From the NCBI GenBank assembly GCA_000934665.2, contig JYFJ02002523.1, positions 62,001 to 106,402 of the forward strand: a DNA stretch of 44,402 nucleotides, in the 5' to 3' direction. The notes beneath the pieces were generated by a model, which saw only the letters and a program-made list of their open reading frames with translations, was not told the origin of the DNA and made no database searches. This document shows, one piece after another, positions 24,801-38,788 of the stretch; within the stretch, counting starts at the first letter, position 1, and each line of letters begins with the position of its first letter. The translations under genes and the position numbers were made by a program. The DNA comes from Catajapyx aquilonaris (lineage: Eukaryota).

Positions 24801-27800
24801 ACTTTAATCTTTGCGGCGAGTCCGTGGAGGCATATTGATGTCACAAGGAGTTAGCTGCAGGTGATGTTATATGCTCAAAAGACCAGTGTGCAATCAAAAG
24901 GAGGTGTCCAAGAGTCCAGTGTCGGAGTGAATTATTCAATTAGGCGTGGTACGCTGTCTAGTGTGATTGGAACGGGGTAGGAGTTAAAGTTGGGCAGTTG
25001 TAACCTTGTGTGTCTTTTGAAAAGTACTAATTTAGCATCGTTTATGCTGTAGATCAATGTTGGCACAATAGAAAACCCACGATACCATGCAAGGACATCA
25101 AAATGCCAATTTTTGACCTTTCACATCCAACTCGATCTAGTTTCCTTTACTTTGACAGCAAAAATTTATGTATATAGCCCTCCAACCTTGTCACTATACT
25201 CAACAGGGCCTTCGAGGCAACAAGAATGTAACTTCCTTCTCTAAAATTGGTTCTCACAAAAGAACGGGGTCCAGTGAAAAGAGTGGCGTCCACCTCTTGT
25301 TTCCGCTTCTCATCTGAAGCGAGTAAGTCTCCTATATATTCTTCTTCAGGGCCCTCAGAAGTTATCCGGAGGCACCCCGTAGTCGCCACTTTGGTCATTA
25401 GAGCATCCCAGGATGAAGTAGCGGCTCTGGGGTGGCAGATCGCCATGGCACGTTTCCTGATTAGCTCGCTTTCTGCTGCCACATTTACATGCGAACACCA
25501 TCGCGCCCAGATCCGCCTCAAGCAATCATCCTCTCTCGGATTTCCTTCTCTTCTGCCCCCCCATCCCCATCCCTACCCCTAGTGTTCCCCTCTTTTTTTG
25601 CAATCCGGCTCTTGTACATGTTTCCCCCACAAATTGGATCTGATTCAAGCTAATGTCGGTGGTCTTGAAATAACTTGTTCAGGAATTGTACCCGTAATGG
25701 ACTGAACAAGTTTGCAGGAAAAAAGTGTACAGCGTATTCAATTATATGGTACGTGAGAAGAATATTATAGTGGGCCTGAAGAGGACGGTTTTGCGGGTGT
25801 GCTACTTGTGAGGTCGGAATCAGAACGTAATGGTAATTCCATACGGAAGAGATGAACATGTGAATAGCAAATATAAGCACATACTCACAAGCTACCACCT
25901 AATTGTGGGTACGAATCAAAACATTGATGCCACCCAAAAGGGCATATCTCTGCAACTTTCAGCCCCCTTTAATTCCAACTTGTTCACCACCCTTGTTGAA
26001 ACGCATGCCGAAAGATTAATAATAAAAAAATCGTGAGTGAATTGAGCCCCGACCTTCCGCAAATCCGACCTAACTGATTTACACACTCGCTGCTAATGAG
26101 CTCCCGTAATTCTCCTGGCAGAAAACCTGGAGTTATTTATTTGACAACTCCTGTAAAAGCGCATAACGAGCTGCTGTACCACCCATGGAGAATTTCAAAT
26201 ATTGCATCCGACATCCGGCACAGCCCACAGGGGTAAAAAGGAAACGGAAAATACTCTCTCTTTACTACCGCTTTCAAAGGAAGTGCAACTCAACCTTGGA
26301 ATGTGAGCGCTTATTAAGATAATAATTCATAAACCTTGTGCAGGTATGGTGTGCGTATGCAGTGTGTCTTATGATTCCTTGCTACTTAATTACATTGTAG
26401 TTTAATAGCCTTGTGTGGATTAATAGCTTAAGGCCATCAGCCTGGATTTAGCGTGACAGTGTAGCTACACGAATATTTCAGCGAATCATTAATTATTTTT
26501 TACTGATTAGTACGCCTCATTGTTACATGGATCCGAGCCAGTGATTTCAATTTTGAGGCCTACCTCACCAAGACCCGAAAATGAGGTCGGAGCCCAAAAC
26601 TTTCCGGAAACTCCTTTTTCTCAAGTTCTGCCGCTCTACCCCCCCTTAATTCTAAAAGCTAACTGACTTCTATTCAAAAGCGTCCACATTTGGAAAGTTC
26701 TCTTGTCATTCCTTTCTAATGATTATCAAGTGGGATGAAATGAGATTCAACAGCGAACATCGGTAATTAGTCAGCTCTCAAAGAGATGGTTACTCTAGCA
26801 GTTGAACTAGATGAGGGGCCATTATCGAATTTCAGTCCAGTAAGAACTACTAGACCCCTCCTAGAATTTACTATGCAACATGGCTTAAGCCCAAGTATAT
26901 TTAAAGCCCGGTTTAATGAGACGAACTGATGACTGTCTGTAAAATAGAAATTAAGAAAAATCTGTTCAATTAAGATGATGGTGGATCACATTTTATAGCA
27001 CTTTTCTTTCAAATCTATTCTCCCCCAATTTATATAGTGGCACTTCCCTCCATTCCGGATTCTCAGCATCGACCCTCCAATTATGAAGTGTATTAATCTT
27101 GGCAAACCCAGGACCAAGGAGACCCATGACACAAGAATGATGATCTCCAGCAACAGATGGGGGACACGACCCTTTATCTCCGTCTTTGTCCCGACAGGCA
27201 CGTTCCAAGAGACACTTTGGAACACCTCATCAAACCCTTCCTCTTCCTCTCTCTCTCTATTTTTTTTGTAGCATCCTCTCCAGCCCTTCAAAACTTACAC
27301 CATATCCAGCAAAAGCCTATCTCCGGTCGCATCTCTCAACTCAGGCTGTCAGATTACCAGGAGGAGGCCTTACATATTTTACGTTACGGTGTTTGTGCCC
27401 ATTATGCCCTCCATGTCACACGGTCGTTTGAGGTTGTGGTTCTCTAGTGGAAAATGTGAGAATTTGGATGGGCAAATATTTTTCTTCAATACGCAATGAC
27501 CTTCCCACCGTTATGCTCTAATCGAACCGTGTAATTTATGGGACGTTCCCGAGAGGTCCGTAAAAAATGTCCCTGATGAGACAGCATAGATGACCACATC
27601 TGCTGCCGCCACAATATTTCAGGAACTGAAGATAATCCAATAACCATTAACCAATTAGAATTGCAAATGGCCACTGGTGGTGGTCCTGATGGACAGTTTT
27701 TTTTGCACACCTGCCGTGACACGTTTGGCGTCCGCAGGAATCCTGTATATTATTGACATCTGAAATTTCCAATTTATTCCAACATCTCTTCATATTCGGA

Positions 27801-28517
27801 TGCATCAGTGGCGAGGCGAGTGAGTGGCGGGTGAAGAAACCCCATCTGGGTGTAATATAGGTCTATGGACCGGGTTCTATACAGGTTGTGTCAGGGAAAT
27901 GACAATGCGTTTTGGCGGCCTGGAGGCTTCCTCAGGATTGCGTTTTCACTCTGGATGGTCTCTCTCCCTCCCTCGGGACTATCGAAAGTTATTTCTCTCC
28001 CAGAAGAGTCATCTTGTGCGCTTCCTACTTCTGTGTATATAGGACAGAACTGCTCCAGGAGTCAGACTGGGGAGGATCTTTTGTGGCATCTTCAGATTTG
28101 TTTGAATGAGGGTGGGGGGTGGGAGGAAAACCAAACCGAAGGGCTTCATTTCATTTCTACAGTGCTATTGAAACACATCCATGCATACAGTATAGCTATC
28201 TCCCGGAAATTTCACATCAGCGATCTGCTACTTTGGGCTGATTTTCCATTACTGCAGGTAGGCTCTCTTATGCTAAGTGGGGGAATCTGACCGCGATCCT
28301 TCCATTGATTATCATTGAAGGCGGTTTACGTGAGAGGGTCACGCGTAAGTAGGCTCTTACTGTAGATCAGGTGATATGGGTTACAAGGAGGATGATTATA
28401 GGTTACCAATTTATAAGACGGGTTTGAAATCCATGAAAAACTGTGGTCCGCAGTATATGTAGAGCGGAAATAAGGGCGGAATATATTCATAGGGTAGGTC
28501 AAGGCTGGTCGAATAAA

Positions 28518-28639
28518 CCAAAGAACGATCTGACGTCACACCAGCCGTGTTTTCTGAGCATGCGCAATAGTAAGTTTGCATCGCGATTGGAAGAGCCTGG
28601 TGGGGGCGGGGCTGAAAGTGACGTCAGATCGTTCTTTGG
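28518..28639. mobile_element. MITE family A, copy 2 (perfect 22-bp TIRs)
   Basis: ccaaagaacgatctgacgtcac ... gtgacgtcagatcgttctttgg. The inverted match extends 4 bp into the flanks (taaa/ttta). Homologous to 9903-10050 but shorter internally. Confidence 0.9.
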
Positions 28640-31600
28640 TTTAAAGTACTGTAAATGTATGCATATTATAATTATTCATAAATGTACATATAGTTACGAT
28701 GCTGCTGCATTGGTCTACTACACCGTTCCTGGCTTTAAACTGCTTTTATTTCGAGCCCAGTGTTTATTAACTACGCGATACCTAACACCTGCGATCTGAC
28801 TATAAAAGATGTGACGTCTGGGAAGCATTGTTTAATCCAATCGACCTAAATTCCAGGCGATAGGGAGGGGTTCCACTTCACCTCCTCCCTATATCGAGGC
28901 TGGTGTTTGGTTGTTTTTAGCATTGTAAAGACTCCCTCCTAGGGCGGAAGGATAGGTAGAGAGTCCTTTTACTTGTTGCGGTTACCTGCTGAGCATAGCG
29001 GGGCCAGGTTCAGTCATTTACATTCATAATCGCAGAGGGAAACCCAAGACCTTAGATTCTTCGTCCTTGATTTAGGTTTCACGTTCATTGTTAGCCCAGG
29101 AATTCTTTAGACCAGTCTGGAAGTTGGTATGTTGCTAAATTGCTGAATCGACCTCGTATTTTATTTAAATAAGTTTTTTTCCCTGCAGCAATCCATACCC
29201 AAATATACCGACACTGCACAGCCCCAAACTTTCTTAAAACTGCTTTTCCTAGAACAAATTTGTCTAGACCCAACTTTTCGTAATGATAAATGACTCCCTG
29301 GAAACTGCCCCCACCATCAAACTTTGATATTCCACTCCAATTTATTCACCTACCAAGTGATTTCCCGTCACCAGGCTGTTATCAGGGCCGTAAATACTAA
29401 CGTGTGTGTTTCTCCACCTTTATTGACACCCAACACGCGATAATCAAGGGCATAAATCCAGCGCCAATAAGTGCGGCCAGACCCAGGAGTAAATTAGAGC
29501 AAATAAACGCTAATGAAGCAGTAGTGTGCGAGAAAGAAGTGCAACAATTGATCGGTGCCAGTTGGCGTCTAGTCGAAGTAATTGGCGCCAGCAGGAAGAG
29601 GGCATGACCTCCGACTGTGTAGGACCTCATTCCGGGTCATGGGGCCCGGAGATTTACGGGGCATGGTATAGCATCTAGTATGCAAGGCGCTTTATGATGC
29701 TTCATTCCCAGGCCAAGTGCTTTGGGTAATATCGTAAAAGAAGGGCATGAAAATTCAGTGCACAGATTTTTCGGAGAGGGCGACACAATAATTCCGGTAC
29801 GTTTGTGTTGGCGATACACACCGGAGTCTGCTTATGAAATCTGCAAACATGAAAAAGGAGGACGGTACGTGATGTGAATACTTAATCCGGACGTGTTTCT
29901 CTTATTATTCTGACGATTTTTTCTTCTTCTTACAAGTTGTCTTTCAGATGGACCTTTTGGCCCTTACTTCATCACATCCTGTCCTTGGAATTGACCTTTT
30001 TCGTAATTATCGTCTTGTCAGTCAGTATGGATTGATTGACATATTTACATGGGGGCGCTAACTTTGTAGGGAAGTCCTGAAAATTGGGGAGGTTCCAGGG
30101 TTTTTGGCGACGTGCGACACCTCGACTCGCTTGGTGCCTTCCCCTTGATCCACTAGCCTACATACTGGGTCCCAAATCGGATCCGAGTCTCGGGAACATC
30201 CAGACTTGGAGATGCAAACACGTATCGTCCATCAAGTGCTCTAAGAATATTGGGATGTTCCAGGACGAGGGAGACAAGTTTCACTTAAAGTGGATTACGA
30301 GCATGTTTAAGAAAGCATATTAAACCGAAACCTTCGATCAGATGTAACGTTACTAATTCAAGATTGGGGATTTTCTCTCACGTTGTGTTAACACTGTAAT
30401 CCGGTGAAGTTGAATAATTTAGAAATGACGCACCAATGAAGGTCACGGCCATTTGAAAGACGACCACCACTTGCATAGCAATATTACTCAATGGCAATTT
30501 CCCCGTAAGGTGGGTAGTCAATAATGAAATAAGAGACATCTCAATTAACGAACATGCAAAGTAATAGGAAACAAATGAATAATAAGAAAGCAACCACAAT
30601 TCATACCTGACATATAAATCACGTAAAATATTATAGCTACCCATACACTTGTAGTATATATGGCGTCAACCTACCACCTTAAAACTGGTGCAATTGAATC
30701 GATCTGTGCACTTGCACCTCATGTAGTATTTATGCACTGCAGCACTCACTGTCTTCCCTTGAGAAAACATGGGTATACACAGCATCATTGCCAAGGAGGA
30801 TGAATGAACCTTCACCTTTCTCACCCGTTCTTTTTCCGCCAATTGTAAATCGTCAACTATACAGAACGTCACGGTTGCATAACATCAGTGATTTACAATC
30901 CCCCTATTAAAACTACATCCTCCGAAACACCGCAGAAAAAAAATCTAGCCCATAAACACTCTCATTAATAGTCCATGTGGCATCATTGCACGCACCGCAT
31001 GCAATAAGTGCACCATTATTTCAGGAACAATGTAGGGTCTCCCCAATTCGGCCGTGTCCAGAACAGAAGGGGGAGGGGGGGTGGGGTCATTACCACAACG
31101 TCTATTTATCAGAGGGGGCCACAAAGTCTGGCCAAGAACGCGTGCCAAATGCGGTGCAACACACACAAGCTCTCCCATTCACAATCCTGGATTAACTGAT
31201 GCATGATACAACCCACCCCCCACAATTACGCGCTGAATCCAGCCTCCGGAACCGGCAAAGTGTCCATTGCAAATCTACCCTGTACTATAGTATAGTGCAC
31301 GCGTGCCAATCTATTTTTAGAGAGGGGGGGGGGGCGATTATTTCACACAAATTAGCTTTTCGGATCGGGCCCATTTCCGCAGAATTGCAACATACGGATA
31401 GTGTTGCGGTCCGTTTTAATTATTGACCAATAGGCATGTATGAATGATGCATTATGGCGGACACCGGCACTCGTTAATCATTACATCCGAGTGTAAAACA
31501 GTACGCGACTTGCATTGTTGCGGGGGATTTCTCATGCGGTGTGTAATAATTAAAACTGCGCCTGATCGATTGTGGGGAATGGCGGTAGAGGGTTAGGCGC

Positions 31601-34450
31601 CGCATGTTTCGATCCTGTAATCTACTAATAGCCTTAATTGTCCGGTGAATTATTTCTGTGTACACAATCGATAGTGCTGCAAACTAGTAAACAGGATTGT
31701 AAGTTAGGTGCCGTCGATAGGCTGCAGAGTTCTTAATCAAGAGAGGTCATTGTTGCTTGTGCATCTGACTGTGACGTCAAACACACTATCATTGCTTGAA
31801 CTTTCATATCACTTGTCAGTAGAGACTTATCTTTGTTGTATAAGTCGGACTCACTATCAATATATTACACCTATAATACACTAATGTTCCGAGTTGAAGA
31901 CAGGAATAAGTGTTCATTTTAAATAAAATTACCCCTTACATATTAATACCTGAACACCTCAACGAATGCCCGGAGGTAATATCGCGTGTGTAGTGTTGAC
32001 ATCATAGCCGCATACCTAACGCCTGAATGGCAGTGACCAATCATAAACACGCCTTTTAATAGGTGCCTAGGTTCGATCACCCTCTCTAATTTGGTCGGCC
32101 CAGAAACAGACTTGTGATCCACCCCACTTCATACCAACGATACAGGGTAAATATGGGTTGGGCTCCGATTCGAAATGGAGTTGACCTGCGCCATTTTTTT
32201 TTCCTCTCTCTCATTCTTTCTCTCATTTTTGGATACAAGCCAGTTATGGGCTCGAATTTGGCACAGTCTTTTAGTCTTCCTGCCTACAAAGTTTTCGTGC
32301 CATAGTTGCGGTCCACTCGGATGAGATGCTGTCGTGGAAATCCGGCACTCTTTTTTTTTTTTTTTTGGAAGGCTTTTCTGTTTCTATCAGCTGCACTGGT
32401 CCTAGTTCTCTAATTTACAACTTGGGACGTAAACTGTCCTTGTCGCTGATCTCCATCCAGAAACTTTGCCACCGATTTAAATTAGTTGCAACTTAGTAAT
32501 TAGCTAGGAGTGCCCACTCTAATCCGAAAGGGTTGTCCGAATTATGCGGTTGCCTCCGTTTCTAAGAAGAAGGCTTTAATTCGAAGTCAGGCTGATCAGC
32601 TCCCATGTTAGTAGTTCGGCAAGAATGTCAACTTCACCAGGAATTAAATGTGTGCACATTTTTTTATTGAATTACACATTGGGATATAGCTGTTATGCCT
32701 CATCAGTGCCTTCTTGGTATGGGTATTCATTCAATATGCAAATTAGGGAAAAATCACTGATTAAGTATAGGTCAAATGAATGAACGAACAAACAAATAAA
32801 CAAATAAAAGACACACGATGACCGAGAATTAATGAATTAATTGGGATGTCAAAAGAGACCATAAGCCCACCATTATTATTATTATTTTAAAATTAATCGC
32901 ATATTCTCGTGTAATTCAAATAATGTCGACAGTAGGACTGTGCTTGGCAGACGGAGAGGAGACATACTTTTGTTGACCTTCGCCGGTTTCGCGGTTGAGT
33001 AGTTGCTCCTTGGAAATGCTGTGGGCGGGGTGGGGCAAGGCCATGACCAACGCGGTCATTGTGGTCGTTGATATGCCGAGGAAGTTAGCGGTTTATTGGA
33101 GATTTGGGTGGACGTTTTATTTGACTGGGAATAGGGGGGGGTCCGGTGTGATAACCTTTATGTAACATCTGGTGTTGCGTAATTAATTTGTACAGATTCG
33201 AATCTCTTTATTGCACATTTATGCGGTCGTAAATATGCTGGGGGTGGTGACTAGTTAGCGTGTTTTTTGCTGTCTTCGGAGAGTTGACCACTGGTAGGCA
33301 TTCTGGTGATGTCACTCAGATGTGGTGCGTAGACTATTTGAGAGTGTTAGCTCATCGAACGCCACAATAATCAGTAAGGCGTGTTATATGAAATGGATAA
33401 TGTATGCTTTTTATTTCAACGCAAGTATAGACATTAACATATTATGTGGCATTGTTATCTAAATGGCTCCAAGTGTATATTATTATCTGGCCTAGATTAT
33501 ATACTCTGATTCAAGAAAGGATACAGGTCATGGCATGCAGTTAGAATGTCTATTCAGCAGCACAATCAACACTATTGCTTTTACAGGTAGGCCTACCTGG
33601 TACAGTATTTCAAAGGTTGGTTGAATGGGAAGTAGCTAACAGATCTTTATTGCATTCGAAATTGCACCTAGTGAAATGTATTGTTTTTGACTTACTTTCT
33701 TGAAAAATACCAATATTTGAAGTAGCCCTACATAAGCCCTGCACTGACAAAGGGTTTAGTTGAAATAACTAAACTACCTCTGGTTAACATTTTTCGTTCC
33801 CGTACATAAAATCATTATTGTAAAAATCTAGTGGGTTCAGTTGAAGTGACTAAATAACTCTGTCTGGCAGTTAAGGACACGTTTTATAGTATAGCAAGTA
33901 TGGATGTGTGTGTTTGGAGGTGCTTATACTGTAGTGTCTAGATCCAAGCACCGTGAAACAAATAGTGTATATTGTTGTAGAGACTATATCAGAGGCGGAG
34001 TGTTATATTGATATATAATATCGATTGCTAATTAGAGCGGCATTTATTAGTATTTATTCCTTCGCACATTCGATCGAACGATACCTTTATTTTATGTGCT
34101 GAAACATTAGGCTACTATCACGATGCACATACGCTTTGTGTATTGTACATTTAGTTACTTTAACTAAAATAATATTTAGTCGATTGCAGAGCAGTTTAAG
34201 CTGTGATTAAATAAGTTATGGCTACAGTAATATAAAATATTTCAACGATTTAAGCTTGTAAATATGTAAATAGCTTTTTAAATTGTATTTCCCGTGTTAA
34301 TATCTGCGTCTGTGAACTTTTGCAGTTCTCACGGTATTTTAAAAGCACTGTGGCATGTCAGTTACTATACAGTCCGTAGTCCTGCTGTGGACTTCCATTA
34401 ATAATTGAATATGATGTCCCCTTTATTCCATTTCCATTATTGAAGATTAG

Positions 34451-34451
<1 letters not shown>

Positions 34452-34536
<85 letters not shown>
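34452..34536. repeat. (ATT)n microsatellite, about 28 units
   Basis: Uninterrupted tta repeat seen directly. Confidence 0.98.
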
Positions 34537-34538
<2 letters not shown>

Positions 34539-35151
34539 TTTTATTATTTTTATTATTAAGTATTTCCTTTTAAATGTCGAGTAATGAAGTAATGATTCAG
34601 TGTTTACATATACGAATACAAGCTCAAACCTGAGGACATATCGCAGGCCTACAATTTTAAAACAGAACTGTATATTATTCGTGGTTTTAAAAAATTCCGC
34701 TACAGTCGGAACGAGCAGTATAATTTATATAATAGCCCGATATCCTGAAAGTCCAATTTTCCTTGAAAACGAATTCGCGCATTATCGCTCGCTGAACTTT
34801 TTCTTGTAACCATCACGTATATACGTCCAGATCAGCAAGTAAAGTTCATGGTTACAAGAATCCAAATCTGCCGCACAACTTATCACCCGCATGCACATGG
34901 CAAAACACCCCACAAAAACATACACTCCACTAACAATTCGTTAACAATTTCATTAACTCCGCTTGTCAGTTCCTACCCACCCAGATTATACCCAATGCGC
35001 GCATTACCGTAATCTGCAATCTAATATTTTGGCAAACGTGTGGCAAACTGCGTTCGACATGCGAAAGCTAATAAACCGCAACCACGCCAAGGCCCCTAAT
35101 TATTACTTTTCTTCGTAATCAGCCAATCTAAACAGCCACATGCAACCTTAC

Positions 35152-35705
35152 CTTGATGCCATCTTCAGACCGCCTCAACCGCACACATGGCCATGCCAAA
35201 AAAGCCCCAAATCTTGCAATCAAAAAAATGTTTTTTTCCCCCCCTCACCGCACACTAATCTAGCCTGATGCAAATAGGCACTAACGAGTCAAGTTTTAAA
35301 AAAACGGTGACAGATCACAAATGTTAATTGTAATAGTCCCGGTGTAGGGAAAAAGCCGGCTGTCGACTAGGGTTGTACACGCGGTGGGTAGAAAAAACAG
35401 AGAGGAAAAGACTAGGAGAGCCAAAAAGTGCTGGCCACTCGCCACCGAAGCCCGAAGCCGACTGACTGAGTCAGCTACCCGTCTAGGCGAGGGGCTTCCT
35501 CTTCCAAACACGCCGCCTCCCAGCACCAAGCAAAGCCCACCCTCCCACCCACCCACGTACCCGGTGCGTCTCGAAAAAACTGCGCTGGTACAGCACCATT
35601 GTTGCACATTCCAATCTGCAAGGGTTTTCCCCAACTGGGGATTGGCGAATTTCTGGAAACTGGGGCTTGCGTGAGTGGTTTCTTCGGCTGTCGGATGGGA
35701 TTGGG
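35152..35705 (-). promoter_or_regulatory. Candidate promoter plus first exon of an unidentified - strand gene or lncRNA
   Basis: Tandem Inr-like TCAGT on - (35461-35469). Upstream GC/CACCC boxes (~35510-35556), CCAAT/ATTGG (35611, 35641, 35700) and kB-like GGGTTTTCCC (35622-35631). Downstream aagATGGCATCAAG (35162-35152) is followed by a strong donor GTAAGG at 35151. Confidence 0.4.
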
Positions 35706-38700
35706 CACATACACGCAGTATACCTGGCAGATTCAGCAGGTGTCGAGTTAGGAACCACGGAGGTCGGAAGTAGAACCAAAAAATGCAGGGTGCTTCATAA
35801 TGATTCAGACTAATCCCATTGAATTAATTTGCATCCAGAAGTGAATTCTACTTCAAAATATCCTGACAGATATGAAACCCTTCGTGTGACATTGATGACC
35901 ATTTCGAGCCAAATGCATCTCCTACACGTTTGTTGTTGGTTTGTAACATTTCTAGAGTGGTCAGATACAGGGTGTGCCAGAATGGTTTCAAACACCTACT
36001 AGAGTGTGTTACTTGGTGTGGTGTCATCGCATCCACGTTGTATTGAAATAAATTACCAATATAATGTCGTTTTTCTCGGAGCCTGTTTGCTACATTTCCA
36101 CTGCGTCTTCCAAACTTTAAGTTAGAACTACCTGGTCGCACATTCACTCTACCATACATCAAAATAGCAAGGTCGCGCGGAGGGTCACATACCTGCCAGG
36201 ATATTTTATTGACTTGAAATAATCTCAGCCATAAAGTTGAGGAAATCTCTGCAAATTGATCTTATGCCCAGGAACTCTTCATTATGACACACCGGACTTA
36301 GTCAGTCAGTATAACATGCATCTTCAGCATTTTCCCTGTTATCAATGTAGTAGGGCAATGCATATTCAATGCAAACGGATGGCTAGTTTTAAATATTTAA
36401 TCAGCCTAGTCTCCAGGTAAGTGCTGCCCGTGTATCAAATTCTGTTGGAGTATACCCAGCAGCTGCTGACATCCTAAAAGTTAGGCAACCAACCTGTCAA
36501 ATCATAGCGCAGATCCACCTCCGATACGGCGTCATCTGGCAGGAAAATGCGATGACACGATTAAGCAAAGTTAATACCTTCAAAGTCATGCTTCTCTTTT
36601 TTGGAGGGTTAGATGGGCGGTCCTGGAGCATCCACTTTCTCTCTTACAAACTGGGCTAAACGGGGCGGGGATTATTGTCCTCCGGAAAGAGAGATTAATT
36701 AGAGAGGCTTATGATGACTAAATGAAGGCATTAATGAGCTGACATAAGGAACCCGTTTTTACTCCCATTGGGCAGGTGGATAATTTTTTTAAGAGAGGCA
36801 AATTCCATGAAGGGATTTTTGAATTATAATATTCCTTTGTCTGGAAATATCTTTTGCTTTCACTAAGGCAGATATTTTGAAAGGACGGGGGATGATCAAA
36901 TTGTTCGTGATCACGAACTGAGTTTTTTGACCTCGTTTGGTGCCTTACCCACCGATGCATAATTGATGCTTTAAATTTCGAGACTTCTTTTCACGAATGC
37001 AAATTAAGGTGAGCTGCATGCGAAGACGCAACTTTCTTTTCGTCGGATTGCGAAAATTTCATCATTTAGCGGCGGTGTTTTCGAGGATGTTTTTTGTAAC
37101 GTATACACGCAGTTCATTAATAATGTAGCTGCAGGATACAAATAAAATTTTATCATCACAATGCTACAGGAGCAAGTACAGGAGAGTGAGATTATTCTCG
37201 AGTCTGTCATACTTATCAAAATGGTTGTATAATGCATGTGAAAAAGCTTGACTGTCTCATTTCCGAGTCTCGTTATAAGAACACAAAAAAATGATGCCTG
37301 TAGGGTATTTTTTCATGAATATTCAAAATGGTTATTAGATAACGCATGTGAGGGAAGCTTTTGTAATATTGATTTGAGGACCCGTTAAGACAGAGTATCC
37401 TAGCAGGGAAATCCTTGTTCAAAAATAATTTATTAATATCACGATCGAAGCGTATCGTAGATACAGTATAACATCCACAGCACCGGTATCCGTTCAAGAT
37501 AGCGAGTTTATCCTATATTTAATTTTTAAAAGTACCGTATATAGTTCAGATCCAAACTTCATCGCTCCTTACCATGTTGCTTACATTGCTTGAAGGTAAG
37601 AACTATAACATCCATGTTGTTGTTCTTTTCCACATGAGATCACTCTATACTGAATTACCTGCAGGCCTTGCACTAACTTGTATTACGCCCTATTAGTTAT
37701 GCTTCCCTGTGCATTGTGCTGAGAAAAAAGAGAAGAGTAAAGAAAATCATGTCTTCAAAAAATTAGAAAAAAATCAGGACGGAAAGTGCAAAGGAATCCC
37801 GTGTCCTTCACCACTTGGCCATTTATCTCCGGGGCAATAAAAAAAACGTATTACAGGCTATAGTACTATAATTTGCTCCGGCCTTTGTATCAGAAGCCGA
37901 TCAACAGGGTGTTGCAACGAGGTGGTCTAGCCTTCTGCAAGGTGGTCCAAAAGATGCGCTGGGTTTTTCTCGGATTTTGGGCTCCTTTCCCCTGACCAGG
38001 GAGGGAGTGCCCCTGACTTCAAAGACGAAATACCGAATATCGGTATGGTATATTCATATGACATTGGATATCCGATCATAAATGACAGTATGGAATAATT
38101 AATTAATTGAAAAAGTTCATTCTCTCACAAAACAAGATTAATATTATCAGGTTGATGTAGGCCATTCTTGCGAAAACCAATAGCCTACCAAAATAATGGA
38201 AAGGAAAACTTTTGCTCTCAATAAGTCTCAACCCCATTTATACGTCAACGAGACGCCGAAAACCCACGTCCTATATCTTGTAAGAAGGTTTAGGTCACAT
38301 ACATAATATTTCAATGGTTACATAGTAAGCGCAATTTGTGGCTCTCATAGCTCATGACTATGTAATGTCTATGTAATGTGACAGGGGATGAAAAACACGA
38401 GGAAGACTGGGGAGTTAGCCATAAAATGCCCTTTGATGTTGTATTACTAACATCGCTTTTAGATATTCGTTTGTGGGATTGGACACAATATAGCCACTTG
38501 AGAATGCATGAAACCTTTGCATATACCACTGCACATAACCAGAGGCGGCTAAGTACTCTCTAGAGGTATTATGGGATTTGTATACTACATAGCAGTATAT
38601 AGGGCCTACCTGTATATTTTCCGATTTTAGAGGGAGACGAGTCTATAGTATTCACCACAAGAACAACATGTGGTTACAAACGATAATAAACGGTTTATTG

Positions 38701-38788
38701 GACTGAAGTATGAGACTCTCTAGAAACAGATTTCCTCCACATACAAGTAATACCCACCTGTGGTAACTGTGTGGTAAAGAAAGTGAAG

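Noticed and set aside
27570..27615. Hammerhead ribozyme core CTGATGA followed by a stem
   Set aside because: The required GAAA after stem II is absent. The same applies to the - strand CTGATGA near 32700.
29257..29267. U7-type Sm site AATTTGTCTAG
   Set aside because: No 3' stem-loop follows and no snRNA promoter is evident.
24412..35980. Mariner-like termini TA-CAGGGTGTG at 24412 and 35966
   Set aside because: Both are in the same orientation and I found no inverted partner or transposase remnant; at most orphan ends.
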